The notes under the pieces were generated by a model. The model saw nothing but the letters and a program-made list of their open reading frames with translations. It ran no database searches and was not told where the DNA came from. Both the position numbers and the translations under genes were made by a program. A stretch of 64,000 nucleotides of DNA from Lepidodermella squamata (taxonomy: Eukaryota > Animalia > Gastrotricha). Location: NCBI GenBank assembly GCA_047495785.1, contig JBLDXI010000020.1:2976001-3040000 (forward strand). Reading direction: 5' to 3'. Positions 1-13,140 of this stretch are shown here, one piece after another; the stretch's first letter is position 1, and every line of letters starts with the position of its first letter.

Positions 1-452
1 ATTCCAGCTTATCGTGCGCCACATCGCATAACAGGCGGCCGGCCACATGTCGCAAAGCGCGCTCGTGAATGAGAATATTACGCCTGCGTTGTTAGTACTA
101 TTATTACTATCCATACACGGCCACATCCCGCCGCCACAGCCGTTAGCTTTTGTGACACGTGGCGTGTGCTTTGCCCTATATAAAATTACGCGCCAAAGGT
201 AAATAAAAGAGCCTGCTGCACCTTGAGAGCTGAAATCTTGATTTTTCATGACCTTTCAACAGAACAAAATTATGATTTACGGCAAAAGCTTGTATTTCGG
301 ATAAAACTATGTTTGCCTGATCTAGAAAATCAGGAAAAAAAATTGAAATTTTAAGAACGTGCAGAGGTGTTGATTTCCGATGACTACAAATTTCTGAAAT
401 GTTTACATTTAAAGTGATTACTCAGCGCCACCATCAAATTGGACTGGTAATA

Positions 453-958
453 CAGTGCAGAATCGTTATAAGGAAGGGGTATATAACGAAATTTTGTTAT
501 AATGAACGAAAATTGCTGGCCCGTGCCGAACTAGGCTATTTGCATGTGAACAACATTTGTTGTAACGAACATTTTATAAGGAACTTTCTCCGTAACAAAC
601 GCCGCGAGGTGGCCCGCTCGTGCGTCAACACGGGCATTTTACCATAGTTATTACGAACCTGAACATTCTAGTGAATATTTTTTGAATTTTTATCTGAAAT
701 TGGGGCTAAAAAATGCCATATCAGAAATTCCTGAGAAAGAAAATTCTTCATCCGATGAACTTTATCTTGAATTATCAGCCTGATCTGGGATGAATGGGAC
801 GATCATACTACTGAAAAATGAAGAATAAAAGCAATAAAATCGAGAAAATCCCAATAAGGTAAGGCCAACTAAAGCAACCTTGTTGTTGTAGTGAACTATT
901 GCTATAGCGAACGTTTTATTCTGGCATTATACGAGTTCGTTATAACGATTCTGCACTG
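453..958. mobile_element. Non-autonomous Tc1/mariner-type MITE (~506 bp)
   Basis: 19-bp perfect TIRs CAGTGCAGAATCGTTATAA (453-471) / TTATAACGATTCTGCACTG (940-958), flanked by TA on both sides; no transposase ORF. Confidence 0.8.
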
Positions 959-1164
959 TATTCGGGATATTAACTAATCGAATTTTTCTGAATTTTCTTT
1001 TAATTTTTAATTTATTCTCAATTTTCAGCTGGTCTCCATGCCAAAATTTATTACAGCTCGTTTACGTGTTTTTGGCTTCATTATTCCCTTGATAATTTCC
1101 ACCTAAACCGCAAGCTGTAGTTATAATGAGGAAAAAACAGTTACGTATAATTTTCTTCACAGCT

Positions 1165-2030
1165 TTTCACACCATCATGCAATTGAAGTGGCATTTCAAT
1201 GATGACCTCTCAACGACGTTAATTGGCACACTTAACACGTATCTTATTTTCGGCTTGCGCGCGCATCTCATAATAAAATAACGGAAAAAGTTCACTTCTT
1301 TAGCTATAAATTTCATTTTTTGTGTAAAGCTTGGATTCGTAAACATGTTGCTTTTTCAAGCCGGTCGCCATTGCCCTAGATAATTTAAACCCTTAATCTG
1401 TAGGTTAGAATACTTTTTTCATAGGTTGGCTTGTGATGATACACACTATCATGCAGTGAAATTGATGCTTGGATGACCTCTCAACGATGTTAATCGCCAC
1501 GCGGTTCAATTTCGACATTAGCGCGTAAAATTGAGATCGTAATTCATAAAAAAATAACGTAATACACAACAAAGTTCATTTTTTGTCTATAAATGACTTT
1601 GAACCTGTTGACAAAAACTTGTCCGAAATTAGGAAAATAATGCGAAGCTGCAATATAGAGCTTTGGGCATATATTTCATATTTTTGTATAGATAGCATAT
1701 GTTGGATTCGTAAACATGTAGCTTTTTCAAGCCGGTCGCCATTGCCCTAGATAATTTAACCCCTTAAACTGTGGGTAAGGAGAATTTTTTTTCTTAGGTT
1801 GGCTTTTGATGATACACACTATCATGCAGTGAAATTGATGTTTAGATGACCTCTCAACGATGCTAATACGCACATGTTTCTCATTCTCGACATGAGCGTG
1901 TAAAATTAAGATCCTTATTCATAAAAAACATAGCGTAAAAAAACATCAGGAAAAAGTTTAGTTTTTTGTCTAAATGACATTGAACCTGTTGACAAAAAAA
2001 TCGTCCGAAATTAGGAAAATGATGCGAAAT
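1165..2030. repeat. Tandem repeat, ~370-bp unit, ~2.5 copies
   Basis: TTGGATTCGTAAACATG...CAAGCCGGTCGCCATTGCCCTAGATAATTTAA...GATGACCTCTCAACGA...CCGAAATTAGGAAAAT recurs at ~1331 and ~1702, with a diverged partial copy at ~1165-1330. Confidence 0.85.
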
Positions 2031-2131
2031 ACTGATATAAAGCTGAACTTTTTTATTACAGACATCAGAAGCACTGGAGTAAACAAATGAAAATCTTGAA
2101 AAAAATAATTTAACATTTCAAGCACGAGAAA

Positions 2132-3901
2132 CTAGAATTCGGATATGTTAGCCGAGCGTGTCATTTTGTTAAAATAATTTATAACCGCCGAGGTCGAGTT
2201 TGCAGTAGCCTGAAGCGTATCAAACGCCCAGCCGTTCGCCTTGCATTTATCGTAAAAACTTGGCCCACTGCCAAAACACGCCGCAGTCACTTGTTTGTCG
2301 TCGAATTTCGGTATCAAAAATAGATCTTGTTTAGTTTCACCAGGGCTTGTTCCGCTAGCTAGATCGATCACAAAAAATCGATATCTATCCATAGCTGAGA
2401 AGATGATATCGTCAAAATTATCAGTTATAACAGCCGAAAGATGAAGGTCATCGATAAAAAATGGCGCCGACATTTTGGCCATTGCATTGCTGAGTGAGTC
2501 GAATTTCACGACAATTTCCGGGTCAGATCGCAGGGTGGCTACAAGCCAGTCGATCGGTAATCGCCGTTTATTAGCTTCGCAGTAGAAAATTTCACTCCCT
2601 AAATTTTGCTCCGATTTAAGGCCGATATTAATCGATTTGCCGCTCAGATAGACACGTTCAAAGCCTTGTGATTTCAACTGGGCGAAATAGGCCATTAAGA
2701 AGTGGCTGAATTGAGTCAGATTCGAGCGGAGTTGTTCGAAATTTGTGCCAGCCAATAGGCATGGAGCGGCACCGTGGTGTAGGATGAAGCACGTCCGTGT
2801 TTGAGGTATTTCATGGGCGAAAATTGCGTAAGCTATCAGAGGTAAATCTTCGTCGATTCGGTTGAGGAAAAGTAGGGATCGCGAGAAGATTTCGATTTTC
2901 CTGTTCGAAAATCCGAAATGCCGCTGTGCCTTCTCCGTGACCTAAATATTTATTTTATTTAAATAATATTGAATTTCGATCGGCCTAATTATATACCTCA
3001 ACGGTTTGAACAGAGTTAGATACTTGTTGGACATCAAATGGGGTGAAGTCGAGGCCATTGAAGGACTGGATTTGGCCGGCAATTGAAGTCAAAAGAAACT
3101 GAAGGATCCCATTCGAAAACGAGCAGTCAATGGAGGCAAAGCTCACTTCTGTATAATTGGCAAAAAAATAATAAATATTAGGATTAATTAGAAATATTAT
3201 ATTTTTCAAACGGCGTTTTTTAGAAACTCGAAAATATTCTTGAGCAAAAAATCAAATACAAGTCGGAAAAATGAACCTTAAATGTAGGGAGTTCATAAAA
3301 CAATTTAAAATTAGAAATTGAATTATTCAAAAAAATTGAAATACAATTTTCAACTTTTTCAAAATTTGCAAAATTATCGCAACTTCAAAAAATTTACTCA
3401 AAAAAGCCGACTGGAATTTATTAAAATTTTTATTTAAATCGCAAAATTTTTACCTTTGAAATTAATTGGTGAGCAGGATGATACGGAAGCAGTCGATGAA
3501 GCAACGGAAGAATCGGACGAGCTATTAGGCACCATGCGCTTTTGCTTTTTAACCGGTATTTGATTATTATTATTACTATCGCGCCATTTTTTGTCACGAT
3601 TTAATCGCGCCTCGCGTCGACGCGCCAGTTTTTGCTCAGGTGTCATGCGCGTCGCGTTGTGCCGCACCTGGTTGTGAATCTGGAAGCCGGTTCGGCTCGT
3701 AAACAACAACGCGCACTTGTCGCACTCGATCAGCTTAGGCACAACCGCCGAATTGCTGTCCATTTTGCGCGAGTGGTACACCCGCCCAACAGGGCAGTCG
3801 TTCATTTGATGCTGAATCAACACTTCCATTTTGCAAAATTTCGTGAACGAATTGCCGGACCGACATAGGAAACACTTGAAAACCTCCTCGATCGACGCCA
3901 T
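2132..3901 (-). CDS. C2H2/C2HC zinc-finger + degenerate p300/CBP(KAT3)-type HAT-domain protein, copy 1 (~469 aa)
   Basis: Exons 3901-3454, 3148-2997, 2941-2132 join in frame with GT-AG sites. N-terminal CFLC..H...C and CDKC..H....H fingers. HAT-like motifs FDVQQVS..TVEV, SRSLLFLNRID..YAIFAHE, CFILHHGA, IDWL, YRFFVIDL, FYDKCKANGWAFDTL..ANST follow p300 order (VTVRVV..TVEV, YRTKALF..FFGMHVQE, VYISYLDS, QEWY, EVFFVIRL, FLTLARDKHLEFSSLRRAQWST). Confidence 0.8.
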
Positions 3902-3928
3902 GTAATTTACAATTTCTAAAAAAATTTA

Positions 3929-5662
3929 TTAATAAAATGAAACGTCAATCTCTTGAGCCAGCCAAGCGATTTCGCTGAATATTGAGTAAGAAGCAAATTT
4001 TGCATTATTCAACGTGTCAAAATGCCAATTTTCATCGTAACATTTTTCGCGGAAATTGCGAGCAGTTGCCAGAAAAATAGGCGTCACAACGTAGTTTGGC
4101 TTCGAAGTCGAGGCAACTAGCTGTTGCCCAGGTAATAAATCGATAACCAAAAATCGATAACGTTTATACAGGGTGTTTAAAACGTTTTGAGGCGACGCTA
4201 GTGGACTGTCGTCGATAATCGTCTCCAATCGATCGCGAAAATTGATGTCATCGATTAAAATCGGAATTTTGAAATTCACATTAAATTTTCGCCGATCGCT
4301 TAGCGATTGAAATGAATCGATAATTCCGGCCTTTGACGCGATTTGTAACGCCGACATGAGCCATTCGATGGTTATCGAAGTTGACGTAGTCGGAAACGGA
4401 AAATTCTCGTCAGTCGCTATTAACCGACAGCCCCAAGTTGCGAGGTAAATTTTGTGGTACTCCCGCTTTCTCATACATGAAAAATAGGCGTTTAGGAAGG
4501 CTGAATAAATCATCGGATATCGATGCGCGGCTTCGAGGTCATTGGCGCGTGGCGCGCCAAAGTGCGTAATCATAACGCGCTTTTGAGAGATAAATTCACG
4601 CGCGAATATCGCGAAAATTATCATTTCTTCACTTTCATTATCGCAGCTTTGCTTTGTGAGAAAAATCGTTCGGTCGAGGTACTCGATTTTAGGCTGATCA
4701 GCGTCGAGGAATTGCCGCATCGAATAATCCATCTATTAAAAATTAATTTTAATTAATTAAATTTTCATGATTAAATTTAATCAAATGATTAACATCTTAG
4801 ACATTTCAGATTTTTTGATTGTTTTCAAAGGAATTTGAACCGGCACGACTTTGCCGGGTGATAATATCAGGTAGTTAAAAAAAACGTGGGCTAATAAAAG
4901 TTCAGCAGGTGCGCATGTAAATTATATTATTTATGCTTGTTTGTTTATATATGGCGCTTACTTCGAAATGACTTCGAACGCAAGAAACCTGGCGAACAAC
5001 GAACGCAGGGGCGGTCGACTCGTCGCTGAGGTCAAAAAGAGACAAAAATTCAAGCTGCATTTGTTGAGAAAACGCCGAAATTGGAGCTGAAAAATAAATT
5101 GAAAAATAAATGAAAAATTATAAAATAAATTCAGAAAAATAATACCTTGTTTAAATATTGAATTATTTGCCGCTGGTGGTATAGGCGTGAAGCTATTCAT
5201 AGACAGGTCACTTTTAACGCTTTCAATATCGGCGAAAGAAACATCCTCGCAAACCGGGCTCTGAACGGGAGTTTCGCATTTTTCCTCAATTTTCGGCACA
5301 GAAACGTTGTGGTCACCCTCGTTTTTATTCGGCCTAATGTTGTTCAGTTCAAACAGCGTGTCGCGGTGATACTGGCCCTGAGCCTTGTCAATCTCGCGAT
5401 CAGTTGGCTGCAGCCGCCCTGACGTAGCGCCGTGCATTAAAATGGCATGTTGGCGCAAATTTTGGTACTCAGTGAAAAGGACATTGCAGTCGATGCAGGC
5501 TATCAGCGAGTTGAGGAAGCGCTGGTTAGCCGATTGAATCGCCTCGCAGTTGCCCTCGAGTTGATGCTTAGACAACGCTGATAGAGTTTTGTACTTGGTA
5601 AAACGGCGGCAGAGTCGGCAGCGAAATATATGGTTCACCTTAACGCTGCTTGTTGTAGCCAT
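3929..5662 (-). CDS. C2H2/C2HC zinc-finger + degenerate KAT3-type HAT-domain protein, copy 2 (~481 aa)
   Basis: Exons 5662-5146, 5086-4962, 4732-3929 in frame, with intron phases matching copy 1. Fingers CRLC..H....C and CIDC..H....H; IFAIFAREF, RVMITHFGAP, IEWL, YRFLVIDL, FREKCYDENWHFDTLNNAKFAS. Confidence 0.8.
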
Positions 5663-8600
5663 TTTGATAAAGTATAAACTATTCATGAAAAATACGAAAA
5701 AAAATAATTAAAAAAATAATCCCAAACACATATTTTTTCCTGCGTATTTTAATTTTGTTCAAAACCTATTTCACGAGCGATGTTGGTCACGTGCCCAGTT
5801 TTTTTCTGCCTAGTCATCCATATGAGTAAGCAGAAAAAAATGGAAAAAATTCAGAAAAAGCTGCTTAGGAAAAAATTAAAAAAAAATGAATAGGTAGATG
5901 AAACTGGACACGTAAAATTGGGTTTGAACACATGGAAATGGAAAAGGCAAAAAGGTATGTAATTAAATTTGAAAAAAGTCAAGGTCATTCCTAATTAAAA
6001 ATTAATGCAAAGTTTAGACAATTAAAACGATGTTGAATTTCTTACAAATTTGGGACATTACATGTGAAAATCTAGCTTTCGTCAGTCGTCAGTAAATAAG
6101 AAAATTATCACAAAAACGGGACTAGCCACTGAGGCCAGCCACTTTATCAAGCTTGCCAGAACTCAGAGATTACATGTGGCTGGCTACCTAAACATTGATA
6201 ACTGGTAAGGTAAAACAAGCGGCTTTTACAACGCGATATATCCAGTAAACAATGGTTTAGATATTTTCCATGAAAACAGTAGCAAGAATAATGAACTAGA
6301 CAAGGACGTATAAAAGCTAATATTTTTACTAAATTCTATGTTTTGAATACAATAAAGCCGTAAGAATTAAAATTTCACCCAAGCTGCACAATAAGGACGG
6401 AAGTTGTGCCACAAAAATTTTTAAATTTATTTGGCACTGGAGGAATTGCACCTAGCCAGGGCCACTTTCTATACAAGCGGCGAAATAAGTGAAGCGGTAT
6501 GAAAAATAATTTTTTCTCGCGCGAAGATTTTTTGGTAAAAAAGTGTCATAATGTGACCTTTTCCTATACTACTGATATGTTGAGCTTTCTAAATAACACA
6601 GGTAGTAGCGAATGACAGCTTGATAACATCTCGGTTTAAAATGATAGGCAGAAAAAGCGTACAGGTAAAAGCTCTACAAAGCTAATGAGCCGGCATGTAT
6701 ATATATATTGGTGGTGTTTGGTGTCATGACGGAAAGTTTTTATTTCGCGCGCACAGCTTTGCCGGCCAAAAAAACGTGATAAAAACAAAGTTGCGGTGGT
6801 TTTTTCTCCTCTCTCGCGCGCGCGATGACCGTTCGAGGTCCGTGAGTAATATAAGCGCTATTCCTTATCTTAGAACAGATTTCGCGTTCGTATTAGGTCA
6901 CGGCTTGAAAAAGGGCCTTGAGTTACATGATGAAGTTTTGCCTCCTCATGCAAATGTAAATAAGCCCACAGCGTTTACAAAACAGAAAAGTATAACAGAT
7001 GAGGCAAACGTTTGCGCTTAATTAGAAATTTTAGGAAAAAAGTTAAACCTCACTTTTTGCTAAGTGTTACACTTATATGATAATTTAAAATAAAAATAAC
7101 CTATGATACGCATGTAACGTATGGACACATAAACGTCACATGCTATGGCGTGGGTGGTTCTCTGTATAATGCGAAAACGAAAAGAGTGCAGCGAAAAAAG
7201 GGAAAGGGCTTTGGAAGCAGCGAGAGCAAAACGGCAAAAAAGCAATTCAATCATTTGTCACAGTGACATTTGAGCAACGAAATTAGAGCGAAACGAAGAA
7301 AGCGCAAGTCGAGGTGATCAAAATTAAAATAACTGTAACTATATATTTTTAACCTTTAACGCTGTAATAATAGATAACAATTAACCTATTCGCAAGGAGG
7401 CGAGCGAGAGCGAAAAAAATAGTTTTTTGAATAATTCCTTTTGGATTTGATTTTTACAATCAGTTTTTTCCCATTTAGCTACTGAATAATGAAATTTATC
7501 GATTGGTTATAAATATTAGCCATTTCGTTGATTTTGGCACTATTCCATAGGATTTAGAAAATTCTGTTAGAAACATAATTTTTAGATACCTAATATAAAT
7601 TCTGTAGTTTTAGAGCTAAAACGACAAAAATCGGAGGTTTTTAGTGAAATCGCTCCACTTCGCTCTACGTTGTGCGCCCTCAAGTTTGCTCTGGCTTGCT
7701 CAACTTCGCTCATCCCGGGGTTGAGCGGGAGCAAAGAAAGCAACTTCGGTCGTGGAGCCAACAAAAGCTGGAGAGTAGTAGAGCAAACGAGAGCGAAAAC
7801 GGCCCTATCGAACCCTTGTTGTAATAGTACGTAATAGTACACTATTACCATGTCTATTCCTCCAAGATCGAATCAGCTGTCGTTTCGTTTTGCTCCAAAG
7901 TCCATGCTCTATTTTGCGCAACTAGCGTAGAACCCTTGGAGGAATAGAGATACTACAAGGTAGAACCGACCGGCGGTCTTTTTCAAAGAGGGAATTCCAC
8001 TCGATTATGTAGCTCATCAGCGATTCGGCACCTTAGCAACCGTTGCTATGCAAATGCGTCCATTTGGTTCAACGTGGTGTCACAGAAATAAGTTCTAACA
8101 GTAGAAAACTATGCATTCATTGTTGTTACGAAAATGTTAAAGCGTCCAATGATCCTCACACAAGAGGTATTTTAAAAAAGCAAAAAAAAAATGAAAAGTG
8201 AGCATTTCCAAGAATGCTGTAAAACCAGCTCACGCTTCTTCCAAACTTTCTGCGCAATCTGCATTCGCCGCTCAGCTAAGAATAGTTGCTATTATTCGAA
8301 GGCAATGAAAAAGCTAAAGTTTATTTGCCACGTTAACGTACATTTGAACGAAAAAGGTACAAAAGCGCGTATGAAATTTCAGTTAAAAATGATAAACATT
8401 TGTTGTCAACCAGCGCGCAAACTCTCAGGGCCTACTCTATACCCTGATATAATCCTCCATTGCTTGTACGGGGCTAAAGCAACGAGGGCAAGGATGAAGG
8501 AGACATGCACTATGTCACGCGACCACGAAAGCATATATTGTTTAATTTCACGCAATTTTCTTATTTTTGTAACCATGACATTGATGGAGGGAAAAAAATT

Positions 8601-8963
8601 TCTTGGATTTATGAGACCTTGGCGTAGTTTATTATTACTTAAGTTTTAAGCGGCTTGTTTTCAGTGACATGATTTCCTAATTAGCGCGAAATTATGCACT
8701 CTGGCGTGTGTTTTTTATTCAACAATGGACAATGCCAACCTTAACACAAAATCATGTTTAATCATCATGCATACAATGTACTCGTGATTAGAAACGCATT
8801 AAAATCTTCTAGTCCGTCTTAATAATCTCAAAAAAACACGTTCGGTGCATAGGTGAATACCTAATATTTAGGTACAACGGACGAAAGTACCACACGTAAA
8901 CTTGAGCGAAACAATGACAGCACTCAAATAGCGATTTGATACATAGGGTTTCAGCCCAAGTGT

Positions 8964-11958
8964 TCAAAAACAAAAGTCCACTGGTGACGAGGTCAAAAAT
9001 AGCTCAGTAAGTTGAATCGGTTGTTGGGTAAAACGTTGTTGTTTTAGATAACACTTCGGTTCTCATCAGCTCGCTCGGGATCGTAATCGGACCACATGAC
9101 CCAGTACGTAGTAAGGGTTCGGTTTTCATACTATAAATGTGGGAGATTAACATAGGAGTAATCCTTAGTCTGGCTTCAACTTACGGGTATACGAAGAGTC
9201 CCTCTTTCTAGGAAGCGGAACTCATCAGCATTTTCGACTCTGTGATAGACAGCCGAGGAGACATGAGTTTTCATACCTTGGATAAAATGGTGAATATAAA
9301 ACGCATTTCCATTTGTTGACATTTGACATGATTACTTACCCATTCCTGTAGCATTGATAAGAGCAGCCGTGTTCATAACATGGCCGTAGATGCCAACTTG
9401 AGGGGTTCGCAGTCCTGTGAAAATAGTCGCGTAGCCTGGCCCGGCATGGACTCCAATCCGAAGACGGAAAGGGACTCCGCCTGAGTCTTCATCGGCTCCA
9501 ACTGTGTCTTCGGCAATCACGTCCTGAAGCTCGAGGGCAAGGAAGACCATCTAACATGAGGGTAGAAGCTTCATCTCAAGAGTTAAAAAACAAAAAAGGA
9601 ACCTCAGCAACGTGGTCCTGTAACAGAAAATAGGTTGAGATTTCAAGATTATATGAATGAATTTTCAAATTACAGCGGCGTGTGCTTCTCCGATTCCAGA
9701 AGCCAGGCAGAAAGCATCGCCTACGACTTCCACCTTAATGGAGCATGATTTCACCATGATAAGACTCAAGGAATGGACCAACCTTGAAGCATCCATACTT
9801 CACCAACCTCGATTCCAACTGAAATCAGCCATAGTGAAAGCGACAGAATAATGTAGCAACTTACATCTTCGAAAAATTGAGTAAGGGCTGTTAGGAAGAC
9901 CTCCATTTCGAGCTCAGCCATAAGTGATAGCATATTGGTAACATTCATCATCATTACGCAACAATCTGTGGAGGAAGAAAAGGCCGATAGTTCACGCGAT
10001 TTTTCAGTATTCAAAAGTGTACCGGAAACGTGACGCGGTGGGAACTTCTGACCGGATTTAATCGCTGGAACGAAATATCTAGGGACGCAGTCGTACAAAA
10101 GTTGCATAGTCTGGCAAAAGGATACTTCAAAATAGGTGGTAAAACGAACGAGTGATAGGCAATACCTGACCGAGAACCTCGAGGTTCTCGTGAGCTTCGA
10201 TGATGTGGCTCTGCAGTAATCTAACAGCGATGGCATGGGCCACAGCCCCGATAACACAGACAACGATAGAGATCGCTATCATAACTGCCGCTGAATTGAA
10301 AGGAGTTGAGCCTTTTTTCGAAGTTACTCATAAATCAATAGCTTACAGAAAACTTCGTGGGGCTTCCAAGAATTCGCATACCGCTTGATTGAATCTTGCG
10401 AGACGGTCAAAAATGCCGCCATGATGAACTCAATATTACCACTCTGAGCCGTTGATGCGACAGTCCAGGGATCTCCTTGAGGCGTCTCGAAATCGTTAGC
10501 CAAAATCTGGCATGGATAACATGTTGATGATTTCAGGTCTGCTTACGGAAAATCATACGTATTGGTTGTAGACATCCCATTCTCGGAAGCTATCTTGATC
10601 AGTCATGTTTTTCACAAGAGCTAAAGCCCTGTCCGATGTGATGGTAATGATCTTCATGTATTCTGTCCATGAGTTATACGATTCGATCATATTCGTGTAG
10701 GCGGGATCCTCGAATTCAACCGTTCGATCTTTAAGATTATAAAGTGCGTCGAATCTGAAAATGTTGAGCGAGTAAAGCTGGTATTAGTAGCTCACTTTCA
10801 GCAGCAATCTTATGGCCAACAATAGACATCTTTCGGAAATTGATATACTGAAACAAGTCAGAATTAGTGAATAGTGTAGCTAAATTTTCCGAGGAATAGT
10901 ATATTAAACTTACCATTTGGAAAATATAGTAGAGACTTAAAAAGTCACCCCAGTCTTGAAAACGGTCCGAAGTGAACGTTGTAGTGCTCACGATGGCTGT
11001 CAAGCTGTCGATGATTGTAGTGTAGAATTGAATGACTTCTAACTCTGTTTAGTTCCATAAAAAGCTTTGAAACAACATCGTATAACTGGAAAAATGAAAC
11101 CTGTCGTTCCGTTTGGAGCCTATAGAAAAGGAGCGAATCTATGAGGTCGTCGCAAGTACGATTTTGATTCTTACCTTTCTTGTATCACGCCACAATCGCA
11201 GTGCGCTCTTCAAAGCAGCTGGCGAGGTAACATTAACTCTTAGGGGCTCGGGGAGAGCGCTGAAGTCCGTCGGCCAGTTGGGAATGTATAACAGTTTCTT
11301 GAGCGATGAAAGTAAGTACAAATGCCATAGATGAAAGTTGCGAACCTACCGAGTCAACTTTACGCATTGCAATCTGAGCTCTCTGAAGGAAATTATCATA
11401 GGGGCCTCGGTTGAACCTAGATTAGTCATGGGGTCAATAGTTAGAATCGAAAGTATAAGAGTTTATTACTCATAAAATGGCTCCATTTCCACTTCAGCCG
11501 TTCGGTTGAAAACAAATGTTCAAGCGTAACCATTTGAAAATGAGTTACTTACATGCAAGTAGCGTGGTAACTTCATACAGATCAAAGACTATGTTGCTTA
11601 CAACCTTCAATCTGTTTCCTTTTGCCGTTCGAAGCGTATTCAACTCGGCATCGGTGTAGATTTGGACGAAAATGGAGGCCGCTCCCAAAAGAACAACTAG
11701 CAGAATCTGTAGATGGTTCAAATCGTTTTCGTTCTCCGATGAGACTCAATTTCAAACCTGCACACGCTGGAAAATGCGCCCTAATTTCGTTTTCGGATTG
11801 CTTTGCATGAATTCATAGAGTATGCCAGCTTGAACTGCAACGCTGTCCGCAACCGACCGCGCTCTGCCTGACAGAACGCTTGGCGCCTTTTTAACCGATT
11901 TATCGTCAAAGTCATCGAGCGACGCTTGACGCGCAGTCGAAATGTTAGCTACCTTCAT
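8964..11958 (-). CDS. Membrane guanylyl-cyclase-like protein with NIT-like sensor region; catalytic domain degenerate
   Basis: Multi-exon. N-terminal NPKTKLGRIFQRVQ + TM, KVDSKLLYIPNWP, EVIQFYTTII (NIT-GC-like), second TM at ~10200-10290; cyclase motifs IKVEVVGDAFCLASG, RLRIGVHAGP, GHVMNTAALINATG, LTTYWV. Exact 3' end uncertain. Confidence 0.7.
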
Positions 11959-12281
11959 GGTAAAAAATACTGAAAGGAGGCAAACTGAAAACTTAAAACC
12001 GAATTAAAGTGCGTTAGTCGATGTTCCAACGAACATCTTTGTTTCTAATTATGTTTCGTATAAGAGGAAAACTGCGCAATACTTTTTCTTTCTTATTAGG
12101 GTAACTAGGATAACAAGAAGACTTCTACATTCAATTAAAATATAATTTTTGGAGATTAAAAAAGATTTGTAGTGAACTGTCCGTCAGCATCGAAGAAAAA
12201 TGAGAACAAATTATTTCTTTCGCCCTCAATCAATTAGACGCAATATAAGTCTGAGCCGGTTGGGTTAATTTTATTAGCTAA

Positions 12282-12716
12282 TCACAATTTAATTGCAATT
12301 TGATGTCGCAATATCGCAGATTTAGCTTGTTGTTTGTCCAGACCGGCCATTTTGCGCCGGAATAGTTTTTCATTAGTCGCACTGCTCGATCGCTTGTACA
12401 TGACTCGCCGGTGATGCCGATGAGCAAAGGAGGCCGCTAGTTCCCGCAACGATTTCTCGACGCAATCCGTCCATTTCGTCCACTCAGCGCCGAGATAGCC
12501 TAGAAAGACGCTTGTAGGCGCGAGGCACATCTCATGAGTCCGCCTTAGCCATCGGTCGAGGATGTAACGGAGCTGCACGGTCGCGAGAGATCCCAGGGTG
12601 CTCAAAGCTTTACTCCTGTAACGTTGGCAGCCCATTAATAAATCGTCCCTTGATTTAGCTAGTAGCTCAGCTCTTTGCATGATTATCGAAATGGCTGAAT
12701 TATTTTGGCCGGCCAT
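12282..12716 (-). CDS. Hypothetical 144-aa helical protein (single exon)
   Basis: ATG-initiated ORF between two genes on the same strand, with an acceptor-like TTGTAG just upstream of the ATG; no recognisable motif. Confidence 0.35.
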   Translation of the reverse strand: MAGQNNSAISIIMQRAELLAKSRDDLLMGCQRYRSKALSTLGSLATVQLRYILDRWLRRTHEMCLAPTSVFLGYLGAEWTKWTDCVEKSLRELAASFAHRHHRRVMYKRSSSATNEKLFRRKMAGLDKQQAKSAILRHQIAIKL

Positions 12717-13140
12717 TCTTCTCTACAACGAAATGTTGATAAAATGCGACAGACTTTATGCAGTTTTCGAAGCTCGTGTAATAAATAATGTAGGCTAAAA
12801 ACTTTGCAACAAAGCGCGTGGTCAGGTAAACATTACGCGGTTAAACACGCGCTTGTTTGAGGATATATCTCACTGTAGGAATTTAAGTAGCGTCTCGACT
12901 GCTGCCGGGACATTGCTACCTGTGTGTGAGAGAGTGTTTGTAAACGTAGTAAACTTTGTGAATGGAGTTCACAGAATAAGCGCATCTACACGAGCTACGT
13001 CACAAACCAAAACATTGTTGTCATTGTTTGCCTAGTGCCCATCAGAAATGAACAATGTTTTGTTTGTACTTGAATGCATTGAAAACAAAGAAATTCTACA
13101 TTTTTTGTCAAAAAAATTAATTAGCACAAGAAAAATTGAT

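Noticed and set aside
5700-8900. ORFs 6695-7021, 7582-7851 and 8191-8649, plus small inverted repeats at ~5788-5913 and 7853-7948
   Set aside because: ORFs lack motifs and splice support; the inverted repeats are too short to classify
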